Assembly: GCA_965206595.1 (NCBI GenBank)
Contig: OZ242214.1
Location: forward strand, 6,624,001 to 6,688,000
Reading direction: 5' to 3'
From: Candidatus Latescibacterota bacterium
GTDB lineage: Bacteria; Latescibacterota; UBA2968; UBA8231
Length of the DNA: 64,000 bases
The position numbers and the translations under genes are program-made. The notes beneath the pieces were generated by a model. The model saw only the letters and a list, made by a program, of their open reading frames with translations, did not search any database and was not told where the DNA came from. The first letter of the stretch is position 1. Each line of letters starts with the position of its first letter. Positions 39,440 through 49,154 of the stretch are shown here, in pieces.

Positions 39440-40825
39440 TTGAATCCACTTTCACGCTACGTCCTCGCTCAGCATCTGGGCCCGTTTCTGTTCGGCTGTT
39501 CCCTGATCGTGTTCGTGCTGGTCATCGACGTGGTCCTGCAGATGATGGACCGGGTGCTGAGCAGGGGGCTGTCGTTCGCCGCGGCAGGCCAGCTGTTTTT
39601 CTACAACCTCGGCTGGATAGTCGCGCTCGCCGTGCCGATGGCCGTGCTAGTGGCGGTGTTGATGGCGTTCGGCCGGCTCTCGGCCGACAGCGAGATCCTC
39701 GCCCTCAAATCGAGCGGCATCAGCCTGGTTCAGCTGATGAAGCCGGTCCTTGTGGCAGCCGCGATCCTGACCGCACTGATGGTCCTTTTCAACGATCGGG
39801 TGCTCCCCGACTGGAACCACAAAGCCCGTAGCATCCAGGCCGACCTGAAGCGGCGCAAGGCCGCCCTCGTTCTCAAGCAGAAGGAAGGCCTCTTCATCCG
39901 CGATCTGGGCGGATACAACCTGCTAATCCGCCGCGTCGACGAGGCGGAAAACAGGCTCTACGGGGTGACCCTCGTCGACGGCGGTCGCGGCAGCGGCCCG
40001 CCGCAGACGCTGCACGCGGACTCGGCTGAGGTGCGAATCTTCGACGACGGAGGGTACATGCGCCTGACCCTGTTCGACGGCGAATTCCACCGCATCGACT
40101 CCCAGAATCCCCGGCAGTTCGTCGATGGCCGCTTCGAGCGCCAAGTAATTCACATAAAGGACCGCGACCGGGCGGCGCGGACATACCCTTCTACTTCCTC
40201 TTCCTACCGCAGCGACCGCGAGATGGATGTCGGCGCCATGATGACCGCGGTGACGGACTATCGCACCGAGCAGGCCCGCGAAACCGCGGCGATGGATTCT
40301 GCCGTGCATGCCTTCCTCGACACGGTGGCGGCCAGCTACGGAACGACTGCGGCCGGGGATGAGACCGAAGAAGGGCTATCGGAAACGCCACTCCGGGCGA
40401 GAGCCGAGAAAATCGCCAAACAGCTTCACAGGCAGAGGCGCCTCAACCAGAACCGCGAGCGCCGCGCAAACGCCTATCTCGTGGAGATTCACAAAAAGTT
40501 CTCGATCGCTGCGGCCTGCATAGTTTTCGTTCTCGTCGGGGGCCCGGCGGGAGCCCTCGTGCGCACGCGGGGGGCGGCGACAGCCGTCGTCCTCAGCCTG
40601 GTCTTCTTCTTTGTATACTGGATGTTCCTGATCGGCGGCGAGGGCCTGGCGGACCGCGGGTACGTTCCCCCCGCCCTGGCGATGTGGGCTCCCAATCTCT
40701 GCTTCGGCGGCCTCGGAATCCTGCTGCTGAGGGTGGTCGCCCTCGACCAGCCGACCGGCGGCCGCCTCGGCGGACGGCTGTTGGCAACCCTCGCCTACTA
40801 CCGCCCGGGGGCCCGCGTGCGATGA
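39440..40825 (+). CDS. lptF: LPS export permease, LptF/LptG family
   Basis: FGRLSADSEILALKSSGISL, EIHKKFS and AMWAPN. Confidence 0.88.
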   Translation: MNPLSRYVLAQHLGPFLFGCSLIVFVLVIDVVLQMMDRVLSRGLSFAAAGQLFFYNLGWIVALAVPMAVLVAVLMAFGRLSADSEILALKSSGISLVQLMKPVLVAAAILTALMVLFNDRVLPDWNHKARSIQADLKRRKAALVLKQKEGLFIRDLGGYNLLIRRVDEAENRLYGVTLVDGGRGSGPPQTLHADSAEVRIFDDGGYMRLTLFDGEFHRIDSQNPRQFVDGRFERQVIHIKDRDRAARTYPSTSSSYRSDREMDVGAMMTAVTDYRTEQARETAAMDSAVHAFLDTVAASYGTTAAGDETEEGLSETPLRARAEKIAKQLHRQRRLNQNRERRANAYLVEIHKKFSIAAACIVFVLVGGPAGALVRTRGAATAVVLSLVFFFVYWMFLIGGEGLADRGYVPPALAMWAPNLCFGGLGILLLRVVALDQPTGGRLGGRLLATLAYYRPGARVR

Positions 40826-41889
40826 TCCTCGATCTCTACCTCCTGCGGCGGTTCGCCGTCTGGTTCGCCATCAGCGTCGTCGCCCTGTGGCTGATCGCCG
40901 CCATCGTCGACCTCATCGAGAGCATCGACACCTTCATCGACCACGCCGCACTGCCCGGCCAGATCCTGAGATACTATCTCTTCCGGAGCCCCTACTGGAT
41001 CGTGTTGATCCTGCCGGCCGCGGCGATGCTCGCCACCCTTTTCGCCCTCACCGGGTTTGCGCGCCGCGGCGAGATCGCGGCGATGAAGGCGGCAGGGGTC
41101 AGTCTCCACCGCCTCCTGATTCCGGTGCTGGCCAGCGCCCTGTTGTTCAGCGGCGGGGCCATGCTTTTCACCGAGTACGTCGTTCCTCCGGCGACGTTCC
41201 GCTACAACACGACCAGGGACGACATTCGCTCGTACAGCCGCAGCGACGGATCACGGCGGCAGGTGCTGCTCCAGGACATCGGCGGACAGCTGGTGTTCGC
41301 GCGCTCGTACGACCACACCAGGCAGCGGGCCCAGCAAGTGCTGTGGGAGAGCCGGCCCGGGGGCCGTACGGGCGAGCGCGCCGCGGCGGAGCGGCTGGAA
41401 TGGAACGAGGGGCGCTGGGTGCTGGTCGAAGGCACCCGCTACGCGCTGACCGGCGACCGCTTCGAGGTCAGCTCCTTCGACACCCTGACCCTTTCGACGT
41501 TGACCCTCGAGCCCGGCGATTTCTCACGCCAGCGGAAAAAGCCGGAAGAGATGAATTTCGGTGAGCTGAGGTCCTACGTGGACCGCGCCCGCGCCAACGG
41601 CGAGGACGCCACCCGCCACCTCGTCGACTTGCACCTGAAGATCGCTTTTCCCCTCGTATCCTTCGCGATCGTCCTGGTCACGGCGCCGCTGGCCGCCAAC
41701 ACCCGTCGCTCGGGGCGCGCCGCCAGCTTCGGGTTCGGCGTGCTGATCTGCTTCCTGCTCTACACCTGCGTCAAGGCGGGACAGGCGCTCGGGTGGAACG
41801 AGATCATCCCCCCCTGGCAGGGGGCCTGGGGGGCCAATCTCGTTTTCGGCCTCATGGGCCTGATACTGCTGAAGAGGGCGCACTCGTAA
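40822..41889 (+). CDS. lptG: LPS export permease, LptF/LptG family
   Basis: MILDLYLLR, GEIAAMKAAGVS, PEEMNFGEL and LHLKIAFP; overlaps the lptF stop. Confidence 0.88.
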   Translation: MILDLYLLRRFAVWFAISVVALWLIAAIVDLIESIDTFIDHAALPGQILRYYLFRSPYWIVLILPAAAMLATLFALTGFARRGEIAAMKAAGVSLHRLLIPVLASALLFSGGAMLFTEYVVPPATFRYNTTRDDIRSYSRSDGSRRQVLLQDIGGQLVFARSYDHTRQRAQQVLWESRPGGRTGERAAAERLEWNEGRWVLVEGTRYALTGDRFEVSSFDTLTLSTLTLEPGDFSRQRKKPEEMNFGELRSYVDRARANGEDATRHLVDLHLKIAFPLVSFAIVLVTAPLAANTRRSGRAASFGFGVLICFLLYTCVKAGQALGWNEIIPPWQGAWGANLVFGLMGLILLKRAHS

Positions 41890-41937
41890 AACGGAAGCCG
41901 CCCCGGATACCTTCTCCTCCGGGACCGCTTCCGTTTT
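41888..41937. terminator. putative bidirectional intrinsic terminator
   Basis: AAAACGGAAGC...GCTTCCGTTTT between convergent genes. Confidence 0.6.
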
Positions 41938-42013
41938 GGCCGCTGTCTCCGACAGCGCAGACCCCATTCTTCCCGCCGGGGCTTCCCCCGGTCTCCCGAC
42001 TCCCCGCGGAATG

Positions 42014-43141
42014 CTAGTCGAGACCCTGCTGCATGTGATAGATCTTGAGCTTGAGCGCCGGCGACCTCCCCTTCCACCCCTCGAGCAACTCCTCGGCCTC
42101 CGGTTCCGCTCGCCTGTCTAGCCGGGTCTTCAGCTCGAGCAGCATCCCGGCCATTTTCACCAGTCGCTCCTCGCTCGCCGTGGTCGCCAGGCGCTCGAGA
42201 TCTCTTAGCAACTCGCTGCCGAACGTCGCCCCGGTGTTGGCGATCGCCGCGGTGAGGAACGAAGCATGCCGGCGGGCAAAGGCGTCGTCGCGGGCGCAGC
42301 GTCCGACAAGATGGCGCACCAGCTCTGCCGACGGCTCTTCCAGCATGGCCGTCTCCACCATCCTGGCCAGTCGATGCCACCTTCGCAGCATTTCGGTCGC
42401 CTCTTTGCCTGCCCGGGGATCGAAGGTTGGCAAGCCCCGTTTTTCGACGAAATGCTCGAAGATCTCAACTTGGGGCAGGCAGGCGACCAAGGCGAGAATC
42501 GCCTCTTCGCTGGCCGATCCTACCCATTCGACGGCCAGCTCCGCTATCGTCACAGCCAACGAGCCCGGTGCCGTCCTCAGCTTGTCCAGCAGGATGGTTT
42601 GGACATCCCGGACGCAGCCGGCAAGCACGGCCGAAACCAGGGCGGCTGCCGTCTCCCTGCTGATCGGCAGTCCCAGTGCCGCTTCGCGGGCAATTCCGGG
42701 GACGCGGTGGAGGAGAAACTCCCTCGCCCCGGTCCTGCCGCGCAGGGCCCAGACGAGCGCGCGCCCCACTTCCGGATCGGTTTCGTTCCGGATCCACGCG
42801 GTCAGCCGTTCCGCCCCCGACCGGACGGCCAGCCAGCCGCGGTGAAAACCGAGCAATTCAGCCGCGGCCAACCGGCGCGGATCGGATGCGTCCTCAACGA
42901 TCCCGCCCAGGAAGTCGGCCCCTTCCCTGCTGGGGACGAGGGCACGCAACTGCGCCATCGCATCCGCTCGCTCCCCGGCGACTTCGCTGCATGCCGCATT
43001 CAGCAGATCCTCCAGATCTGGGCCCGACTCCGGGGCTTCGGGTTCCTCAGGCGCCGGGGGTTCCGCTTTCTCCTGTCCGGCGACGTCCGGTTGATTCTCG
43101 TCGTCTTCGGCGAATTGCAGATGTCGAATATCCAGAATCAT
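42014..43141 (-). CDS. hypothetical alpha-helical (HEAT-like) protein
   Basis: 375-aa ORF with an acidic N-terminus and Ala/Leu/Arg-rich helices such as RRLAAAELLG. Confidence 0.55.
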   Translation of the reverse strand: MILDIRHLQFAEDDENQPDVAGQEKAEPPAPEEPEAPESGPDLEDLLNAACSEVAGERADAMAQLRALVPSREGADFLGGIVEDASDPRRLAAAELLGFHRGWLAVRSGAERLTAWIRNETDPEVGRALVWALRGRTGAREFLLHRVPGIAREAALGLPISRETAAALVSAVLAGCVRDVQTILLDKLRTAPGSLAVTIAELAVEWVGSASEEAILALVACLPQVEIFEHFVEKRGLPTFDPRAGKEATEMLRRWHRLARMVETAMLEEPSAELVRHLVGRCARDDAFARRHASFLTAAIANTGATFGSELLRDLERLATTASEERLVKMAGMLLELKTRLDRRAEPEAEELLEGWKGRSPALKLKIYHMQQGLD

Positions 43142-43528
43142 GACCGGGTCTCTCAGTTGTATTGTCCAGGTAATTCAGCTTTCGAACGAGTTGGGGATGA
43201 TTGCTCACCGGAACCAACGGCGTGGTGGGCACGTCCTGTTGCGTCCCGGCGCGGCAACCCGCAAGACGGGGGCCTTGCAGGCATGACGTCACCTTGCGCG
43301 GCGAGCGAAATGCCGAGGCACCGCTACAGGGGAGGAGAGTCTGTGGAGAAGGGGGAGGGAAAATCCGGCGCCCTTGGAGATAGGGCGCGGTCGGCGGCGC
43401 TCGAAGCGGCGCCTGCCATCGGACAAATCCAAAATTTATAAGATGTTACAAGATATCGGAATATAGCACCGGCAATCGGGAACGGGCAAGCGTCCCCGGC
43501 GGGATTTCGATTGTCAGCATCTTCGAAA

Positions 43529-46306
43529 TCATCGCAGACTGGCGTACACCGTCGCGAACGACAGGCCGCCTGTCTCCGATTGCCGCTTTCGGTCCGATCT
43601 TTCGAAGCTTCTTCTGTTGAGGCTGTACCCGAACTGGGTTACCAACCGGTAGCCTCCGTACTCTCCGATGTTGGTCACCTGGGCCGCCAGCACGGTGTTG
43701 CGGAAGTCGCCGGTGAATTCCCCATCTCCCACCTCTTCGTCATCAACGATCAGTTCCTCGAAGAACAGCTGCTCGACCCCCAGCTCGACGTGACTCCTGT
43801 TGAGGAACGGGAATCGCACCGAGACATCGAGCGTGCCGGTCCACTCCCGGCGCTCCTCCCCTCCGAGCGCATACGGGGTATTGTCTCGCAGAAGCTCGCT
43901 TTTGACTCTGGGCCGAATCTGGAGGCTGCCGGCGTCGATCAGGTACCCCGCCTTGTTGATGACACCCAGGAAGCGGGTGCTCTCCTTGTGTCCGCTCTCC
44001 GACGAACCTTGTCTCAGGGTCTGGTACTTGAGCTTGTGAGCGAAGTTTACTCCCAGATTTTCCCGGCGCTCCAAGCCTAGCCAGGCGGTGTTGATCCAAG
44101 TGTCGAGGGCGGCAAGGGGGTCGGCGACCGGTATCAGCGAGCCTGTCGAACCTGGCGCCTGCACCCACTGTACCAGATCGTCCTGGATGTCGTCTTCCGC
44201 TTTCTTGAGCAAGTTGTAGAAACGCAACTTGCCCGCCCCGGCAAAATCCCGCTCAAAGGCAACCATCCCGTAGGTCGTCTGGTTTCTTCGGTCGTCAGAT
44301 ATCAGCTCCTGGCGCGTCTGCCCCGCCTGCAGCCGCAACTCCGGAGACAGGTAACGGCGCAGGTACAGGTTATACCCCTTTAGATTCCGTTTGTAGGGAT
44401 AATCCGGTTCGTTGTCGTTCTCGAAGCGGTCGGTCCAGCCGTTGTTGTTCAGGTCGATTCCGAACAGAAACTCGGGGCGGTCCGAGGCGTAGCGCAGGAA
44501 GGGCTCGTCGTAATCGGGAAAGACGTTTTCCTGCAGTCGATTGCTGTTCTGGTTGAAGTCGGAGACGAAATCGCCGTTCTCGTCCCAACCCGGAAAAATG
44601 GCGTCGTCGGCAAAACCTGCCGAGGAGCGACTCTGGTTCTGCCTTTGGTGCCCCTGCCTCGGGTCCTGGAAAAGCCGCTTTTGATCGGGGAGCCTGTCGT
44701 CGTCGTCATTGTCATCGACGAAATCGTACAGGCTTCGGGTGTCATCCTCGTAGTCGACCCTGCCGATTCCGTCGAGGATATAGGAACTCGTGCTGTAGTC
44801 TTCGTCCATGTAGAAGCCTTCAGCAAGGAAATACCAAGGGTAGTCCGATTTCGACAGGTTCATCATCCAGGCCTGGGCACTCTCGTCCCCTTCGATCCCC
44901 GAGAACGACCGGTGTTTCTGCAACTGGTTGTTGGGATACTGCCTGTACCGATGGTTGACGTCGAATTCGGTGAACAGCCGGAAGCCGAGGATGTCCTTCG
45001 TCTCGAGGGTGAGCCCAAAGATCTGGTTTGCCGTCGGCAGGCCGTAATTGAAGGCGACCTCGCGCCGGTTCGAGCCGTCCTGTATGTTGCCTGCGGCCTG
45101 GGCAACGGTCAGGAAAACCGGCTGCCCTTCGAGGTTGGTCTGCCGGTCGGAGGTGACTTCCACCTTGTAGTCGTTGACCAGAATCAGGCGAAAGCGGACC
45201 GCCCTGATGTTCTTCACGAGATCCCTGTCGCTTATGATCTCCCCCAGTCTGCCGAGCTCGTAACGCAGCAGGATCTGCTCGCTTCCGTCGGCGACCAACA
45301 CTCCTTCCTTCAGCGTCCCCCCCTCCCGGTCGGGCGGAAAGCCGATGCTGTTGCCCGAAAGAACGGTGTCGACACCCCCGATGGTGGTCGCGACCTCGAT
45401 ATCGTCGTAAAGGAGGACCGCTCCGCCCCTTGAATCCCCCGGTGAATCGTCGCTCAGCCTGATGGTTATCGTGTTGACCTGGTTCTGCACCTGGCTCGTC
45501 GACAGCGCCCCTTTCAGCGGGTTGCCCTTGAAGCTTTCCAGGGTACCTCTCGTGCTGTGGGCGTTCACGAAGGTGCCGCCGAGGGTGACGTAGTCGCCGA
45601 TGTTGAACTCCGCCCTGCCCGCCTGCATGTTGACGGCGTTGTTGAGGGCGGCGGGATTCGGGTCGGTCGTGAAGCCGGGAGCGCTTATCCGCGACATCAG
45701 CCCGGTGATCACCAGCCGGTCCGAGGCGAAGTCTACCTTTGTTCCGTTGTAAGCCGCTTTGCGGAAAGTCATCGGCGTCAAGGTCGTTCCGATCTCGTCG
45801 CCGATCGTGACGGCGTAGGAGTACTGTCCCTTCTGGTCCACGGCAATGATAAGGTTGGAAAAGAAGGCGGAGTATTTGTCTTTCCTGAGGATGCGGCTGC
45901 CTTCCGAGGTTCGCGGACGATCTTCGGTCCAGTTGTAGATCAGCCACCCCCTGGTGAGGAAGTTCCCAAAGTTGTCGTAGTGATATTCACCCTGCAGAAG
46001 GGGGGACAGGTAGCGCTTGTAGGAATCGCCGGCGTAGTTGGTGGTTTGCCACGTTCGCCACCGGTACTCGTCGCGGATCTCCTGTGGCAGGTACTGTTTC
46101 CTCAGCATCGGGTCGAGGAGATCCGTGTCGACACCCGGCCCGTACGGTCGAAAAACCACTCCAGTTGGTCCCCGTTCTCCCAGACGGTTGCCGTACTCCG
46201 GCTGCGCTCCTCCCGGTTGCGGCCAACCTGCCAGGGCGGACAGCAGGCAGAGGATCCCGATACTGCTTCCCCGGCGTCCGAAGATGGTCGGTATGAGGTC
46301 GTTCAT
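43529..46306 (-). CDS. secreted or outer-membrane hypothetical protein, paralog B
   Basis: Signal peptide; long motif sharing with the 46323-49118 protein; Asp/Asn-rich loops; alternating strand pattern ending FATVYASLR. Confidence 0.8.
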   Translation of the reverse strand: MNDLIPTIFGRRGSSIGILCLLSALAGWPQPGGAQPEYGNRLGERGPTGVVFRPYGPGVDTDLLDPMLRKQYLPQEIRDEYRWRTWQTTNYAGDSYKRYLSPLLQGEYHYDNFGNFLTRGWLIYNWTEDRPRTSEGSRILRKDKYSAFFSNLIIAVDQKGQYSYAVTIGDEIGTTLTPMTFRKAAYNGTKVDFASDRLVITGLMSRISAPGFTTDPNPAALNNAVNMQAGRAEFNIGDYVTLGGTFVNAHSTRGTLESFKGNPLKGALSTSQVQNQVNTITIRLSDDSPGDSRGGAVLLYDDIEVATTIGGVDTVLSGNSIGFPPDREGGTLKEGVLVADGSEQILLRYELGRLGEIISDRDLVKNIRAVRFRLILVNDYKVEVTSDRQTNLEGQPVFLTVAQAAGNIQDGSNRREVAFNYGLPTANQIFGLTLETKDILGFRLFTEFDVNHRYRQYPNNQLQKHRSFSGIEGDESAQAWMMNLSKSDYPWYFLAEGFYMDEDYSTSSYILDGIGRVDYEDDTRSLYDFVDDNDDDDRLPDQKRLFQDPRQGHQRQNQSRSSAGFADDAIFPGWDENGDFVSDFNQNSNRLQENVFPDYDEPFLRYASDRPEFLFGIDLNNNGWTDRFENDNEPDYPYKRNLKGYNLYLRRYLSPELRLQAGQTRQELISDDRRNQTTYGMVAFERDFAGAGKLRFYNLLKKAEDDIQDDLVQWVQAPGSTGSLIPVADPLAALDTWINTAWLGLERRENLGVNFAHKLKYQTLRQGSSESGHKESTRFLGVINKAGYLIDAGSLQIRPRVKSELLRDNTPYALGGEERREWTGTLDVSVRFPFLNRSHVELGVEQLFFEELIVDDEEVGDGEFTGDFRNTVLAAQVTNIGEYGGYRLVTQFGYSLNRRSFERSDRKRQSETGGLSFATVYASLR

Positions 46307-46322
46307 GCTCCCAAGCCCCTCA

Positions 46323-49118
46323 TCACTCCAGACCGGCGTAAATGGTCAGGAAAGTGGTGCCCGTGGTTTCGGAGTCCATCCTCTTCACAGTTTCCAATTC
46401 CCGGATCTCGATCGTCTCGATCGCCGCCCGCGTCAGTCTGAATCCGGTCTGCAGCAGCAGCTTGTAGCCCTGGTAGTCGGTGCGCGTCGACCACTGCAGG
46501 GCGAGGTTCGTCTCGTTGAGATCTCCCGTGGGACCGATCGTGTTCTGGTTGAGGAGATCCTGCTCGTCGAGCTCGAAATCGGCTAGATGCATCAGCTCTA
46601 GCCCCAGCTCCAGCTGCGAGTTCCGCAGGATCGGGGTCTTGCCCGTCAGGGAAATCAGGCGCCGCCACTCCTTGCGGTCCTGGTTGCGCTTCAGGAATGC
46701 AGTCTGGCGCAGGAACTCGCTCTTGACCCGCGGCTGCAGGATGAAGACGCCGATCTCGTACGTGTAATCTGCCCGATTGACGATTCCCAAAAAGGCGGAT
46801 TCGCCGTTGAGCTGGCTGCCGTCCAGGGCCCGCGGATCGTCATCCTGCTGCGCATAGGTCTCGAGCTTGAACTTGTTGACGACGTTGAGATTGGAGATGC
46901 GCCGGTAGTCGAATCCCAGCCACAGTGAGTTGACCCAGGTGTTCGGCGCCGGCACGATATCGGGGACGTTGCGCGGCGCTCCGGCGAGCAGGAAGGCCTG
47001 CGGCTCGAAGCGGTCGTCGGGAATTTCGTCCTCGACCCTCTTGAGCATGTTGAAAACCCGCAGGCGCCCCAGCGACGAATAATCCCTGTCGAAACTCACG
47101 AGACCGTAGGTCGTGTTGTTCCTCCGGTTCGACGACAGCAGCTCCTGCCGGGTCTGTCCCACGGTCACCCGCCCGTAGGCGGTGAGATCGACACCCCCGT
47201 AGGCGTTGTAACCGCTGTGGTCCCGCTTGTAGGGGTAGTCGGACTCGTCGTCGTTTTCGAAGCGGTCGATCCAGCCGTTGTTGTTGAGGTCGATGCCGAA
47301 CAGGAATTCCGGACGGTCGACGGTGTACCTGAGGAACGGCTCTTCGTAGTCGGGAAGGCGATTGCTGATCGAACGGTTGTCGTTCTGGTTGAAATCGGAG
47401 ACGAAATCGTTGTTCTCGTCCCAGCCAGGGAAGATCTCGAGGTCGCGCCCGCCCTGGTTAGGCCGCTGCCAGTCCGGGTAGCGGTCCTGGTCGTCGTTGT
47501 CGTCGACGAATTCGTAGAAGGAACTCGAGGGGCGGTCGTAGACCACGTCGCCGAGGATGTTGACGATGTAAGAGCTTGTCGAGTAGTCGCGCTCCATCGA
47601 GAACGCCTCGCCAAGAAAGAACCAGGGAAAAGACTGGTACGAGGCGTTCACCATCCATGCTTCGGAGCTCGAAGAGGCGGTCGAGAAGGTCTTGTTGTCG
47701 TTGAAGCGGGCGGCGTTCGGATACTGCCGAAAGCGGTGGTTGACGTCATACTCGGCGTACACGTCGAGCCCCTTGACGTCGGTGAGCTCGATGGTGAAGC
47801 CGGCGATCTGGTTCGCCGTAGGCAAGCCGTAATCGAATGCCACGCGCTGGCGGTTGGAGCCGTCCTTGACGTTCCCCGAGGCTTGCGCGACATCGAGCAG
47901 GGCAGGATTCTCGCGGTCGAGGGCCGCTATGGTCAAGGGGGCGTTCGGCACGACCGACTGACCGGTCTGCCGGTCGGACCATACTTGGACCCTGAAGTCG
48001 TTGGCCAGTATCAGCTCGAAGGCGACCTCGACGATCTCGCTCGGGTCCGGGCCGATGTAGGCCGGATCGGTGAAGTCGTAGTTGATAATCATGCGCTGAC
48101 GACCATTGGCCGACAGGAATCCTTCTTCGAAGAAACCGCCTTCAATGATCGGCCAACGGGTCGGATCGCTGGTCAGGTCTGCGAGCCGCAAGGTAGTTCT
48201 GGCCCCACTCTGGAAATCTTGGCGGACGACCTTGACGTCGTGGGAGAACAGGGCCGCCCCCGCCTCCCCGTCCTCCGGGGAGTCATCGCCCAGGATGAGG
48301 GCGATCGCCGTCACCGGGGAGCTCCCCTGTCCTTCTGCCAGGGTCCCTTTGAAGGAATTGCCGGTGAAGGCACCGAGGCTCGAGCGCGAGTTGTGGGCGT
48401 TGACGAGGGTGCCTCCGACGGTGACGAAGTCGCCGACCTGAGCCGTCAGGCGGCCCGCGATCAGATTGGTCGAGCTGGTGCGGCGGTCCGGCGCCGTGAC
48501 CGATCCATTGATCGGGCTGTTGGCGCGGGAAAGCAACAGCGTCCCGGTGAACTTGTCGGTCGCCGCATCGAGCTGAATCCCGTTGTAGCGGGGCTTCGAG
48601 AAGGTCAGCGGCGTCAGTGTCGTGCGGATGTCGTCGCCAACGGTGAGGGAATAGAATACCGACCCCTTCGAGTCGGATGCCACGGCGAGGCTGCTGAACC
48701 AGTTGCGGTAGTTGGCATCCTGGTAGATCGAGCTGCCCTGGGGGGTGTTCGCCTCCTGGCGCCAGTCGTAAATCAGCCACCCCCTGGTTACGTAGTTCCC
48801 GTACACGTCGTAGAAATAGTCGCCTTCGAGCGCCGTGTTGACGTAGCGCTGGTAGGGTACCCTGGCGTAGTTCGAATACTCCCAGGACTTCCAGCGGTAC
48901 TCGTTGTAGAGCTCCTGGGGGACGTACCACCTCTTGACCGCCGGGTCGAGGGCGTCGAAGAGAACGCCGGCGCCCCGCGGTTCGAAGGTGACCGTACCTC
49001 CGCGCCGCGTCCCCAGGCGGGCGCCGTAGTCCTGCGCCAGGGCGGTGGTCGCCAGTCCTGCCGCGGTGAGGACGGGGATCAGCAGGCACGCGTACCCCCT
49101 CATGAAAATCCCGGTCAT
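46323..49118 (-). CDS. secreted or outer-membrane hypothetical protein, paralog A
   Basis: Signal peptide (ALA-QDYG); FPGWDENxDFVSDFNQN and DRPEFLFGIDLNNNGWxDRFEND shared with paralog B; ends FLTIYAGLE. Confidence 0.8.
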   Translation of the reverse strand: MTGIFMRGYACLLIPVLTAAGLATTALAQDYGARLGTRRGGTVTFEPRGAGVLFDALDPAVKRWYVPQELYNEYRWKSWEYSNYARVPYQRYVNTALEGDYFYDVYGNYVTRGWLIYDWRQEANTPQGSSIYQDANYRNWFSSLAVASDSKGSVFYSLTVGDDIRTTLTPLTFSKPRYNGIQLDAATDKFTGTLLLSRANSPINGSVTAPDRRTSSTNLIAGRLTAQVGDFVTVGGTLVNAHNSRSSLGAFTGNSFKGTLAEGQGSSPVTAIALILGDDSPEDGEAGAALFSHDVKVVRQDFQSGARTTLRLADLTSDPTRWPIIEGGFFEEGFLSANGRQRMIINYDFTDPAYIGPDPSEIVEVAFELILANDFRVQVWSDRQTGQSVVPNAPLTIAALDRENPALLDVAQASGNVKDGSNRQRVAFDYGLPTANQIAGFTIELTDVKGLDVYAEYDVNHRFRQYPNAARFNDNKTFSTASSSSEAWMVNASYQSFPWFFLGEAFSMERDYSTSSYIVNILGDVVYDRPSSSFYEFVDDNDDQDRYPDWQRPNQGGRDLEIFPGWDENNDFVSDFNQNDNRSISNRLPDYEEPFLRYTVDRPEFLFGIDLNNNGWIDRFENDDESDYPYKRDHSGYNAYGGVDLTAYGRVTVGQTRQELLSSNRRNNTTYGLVSFDRDYSSLGRLRVFNMLKRVEDEIPDDRFEPQAFLLAGAPRNVPDIVPAPNTWVNSLWLGFDYRRISNLNVVNKFKLETYAQQDDDPRALDGSQLNGESAFLGIVNRADYTYEIGVFILQPRVKSEFLRQTAFLKRNQDRKEWRRLISLTGKTPILRNSQLELGLELMHLADFELDEQDLLNQNTIGPTGDLNETNLALQWSTRTDYQGYKLLLQTGFRLTRAAIETIEIRELETVKRMDSETTGTTFLTIYAGLE

Positions 49119-49154
49119 ATAAGAACTCTCCCTTTTTTCCAGAAGCGGCGCCCG

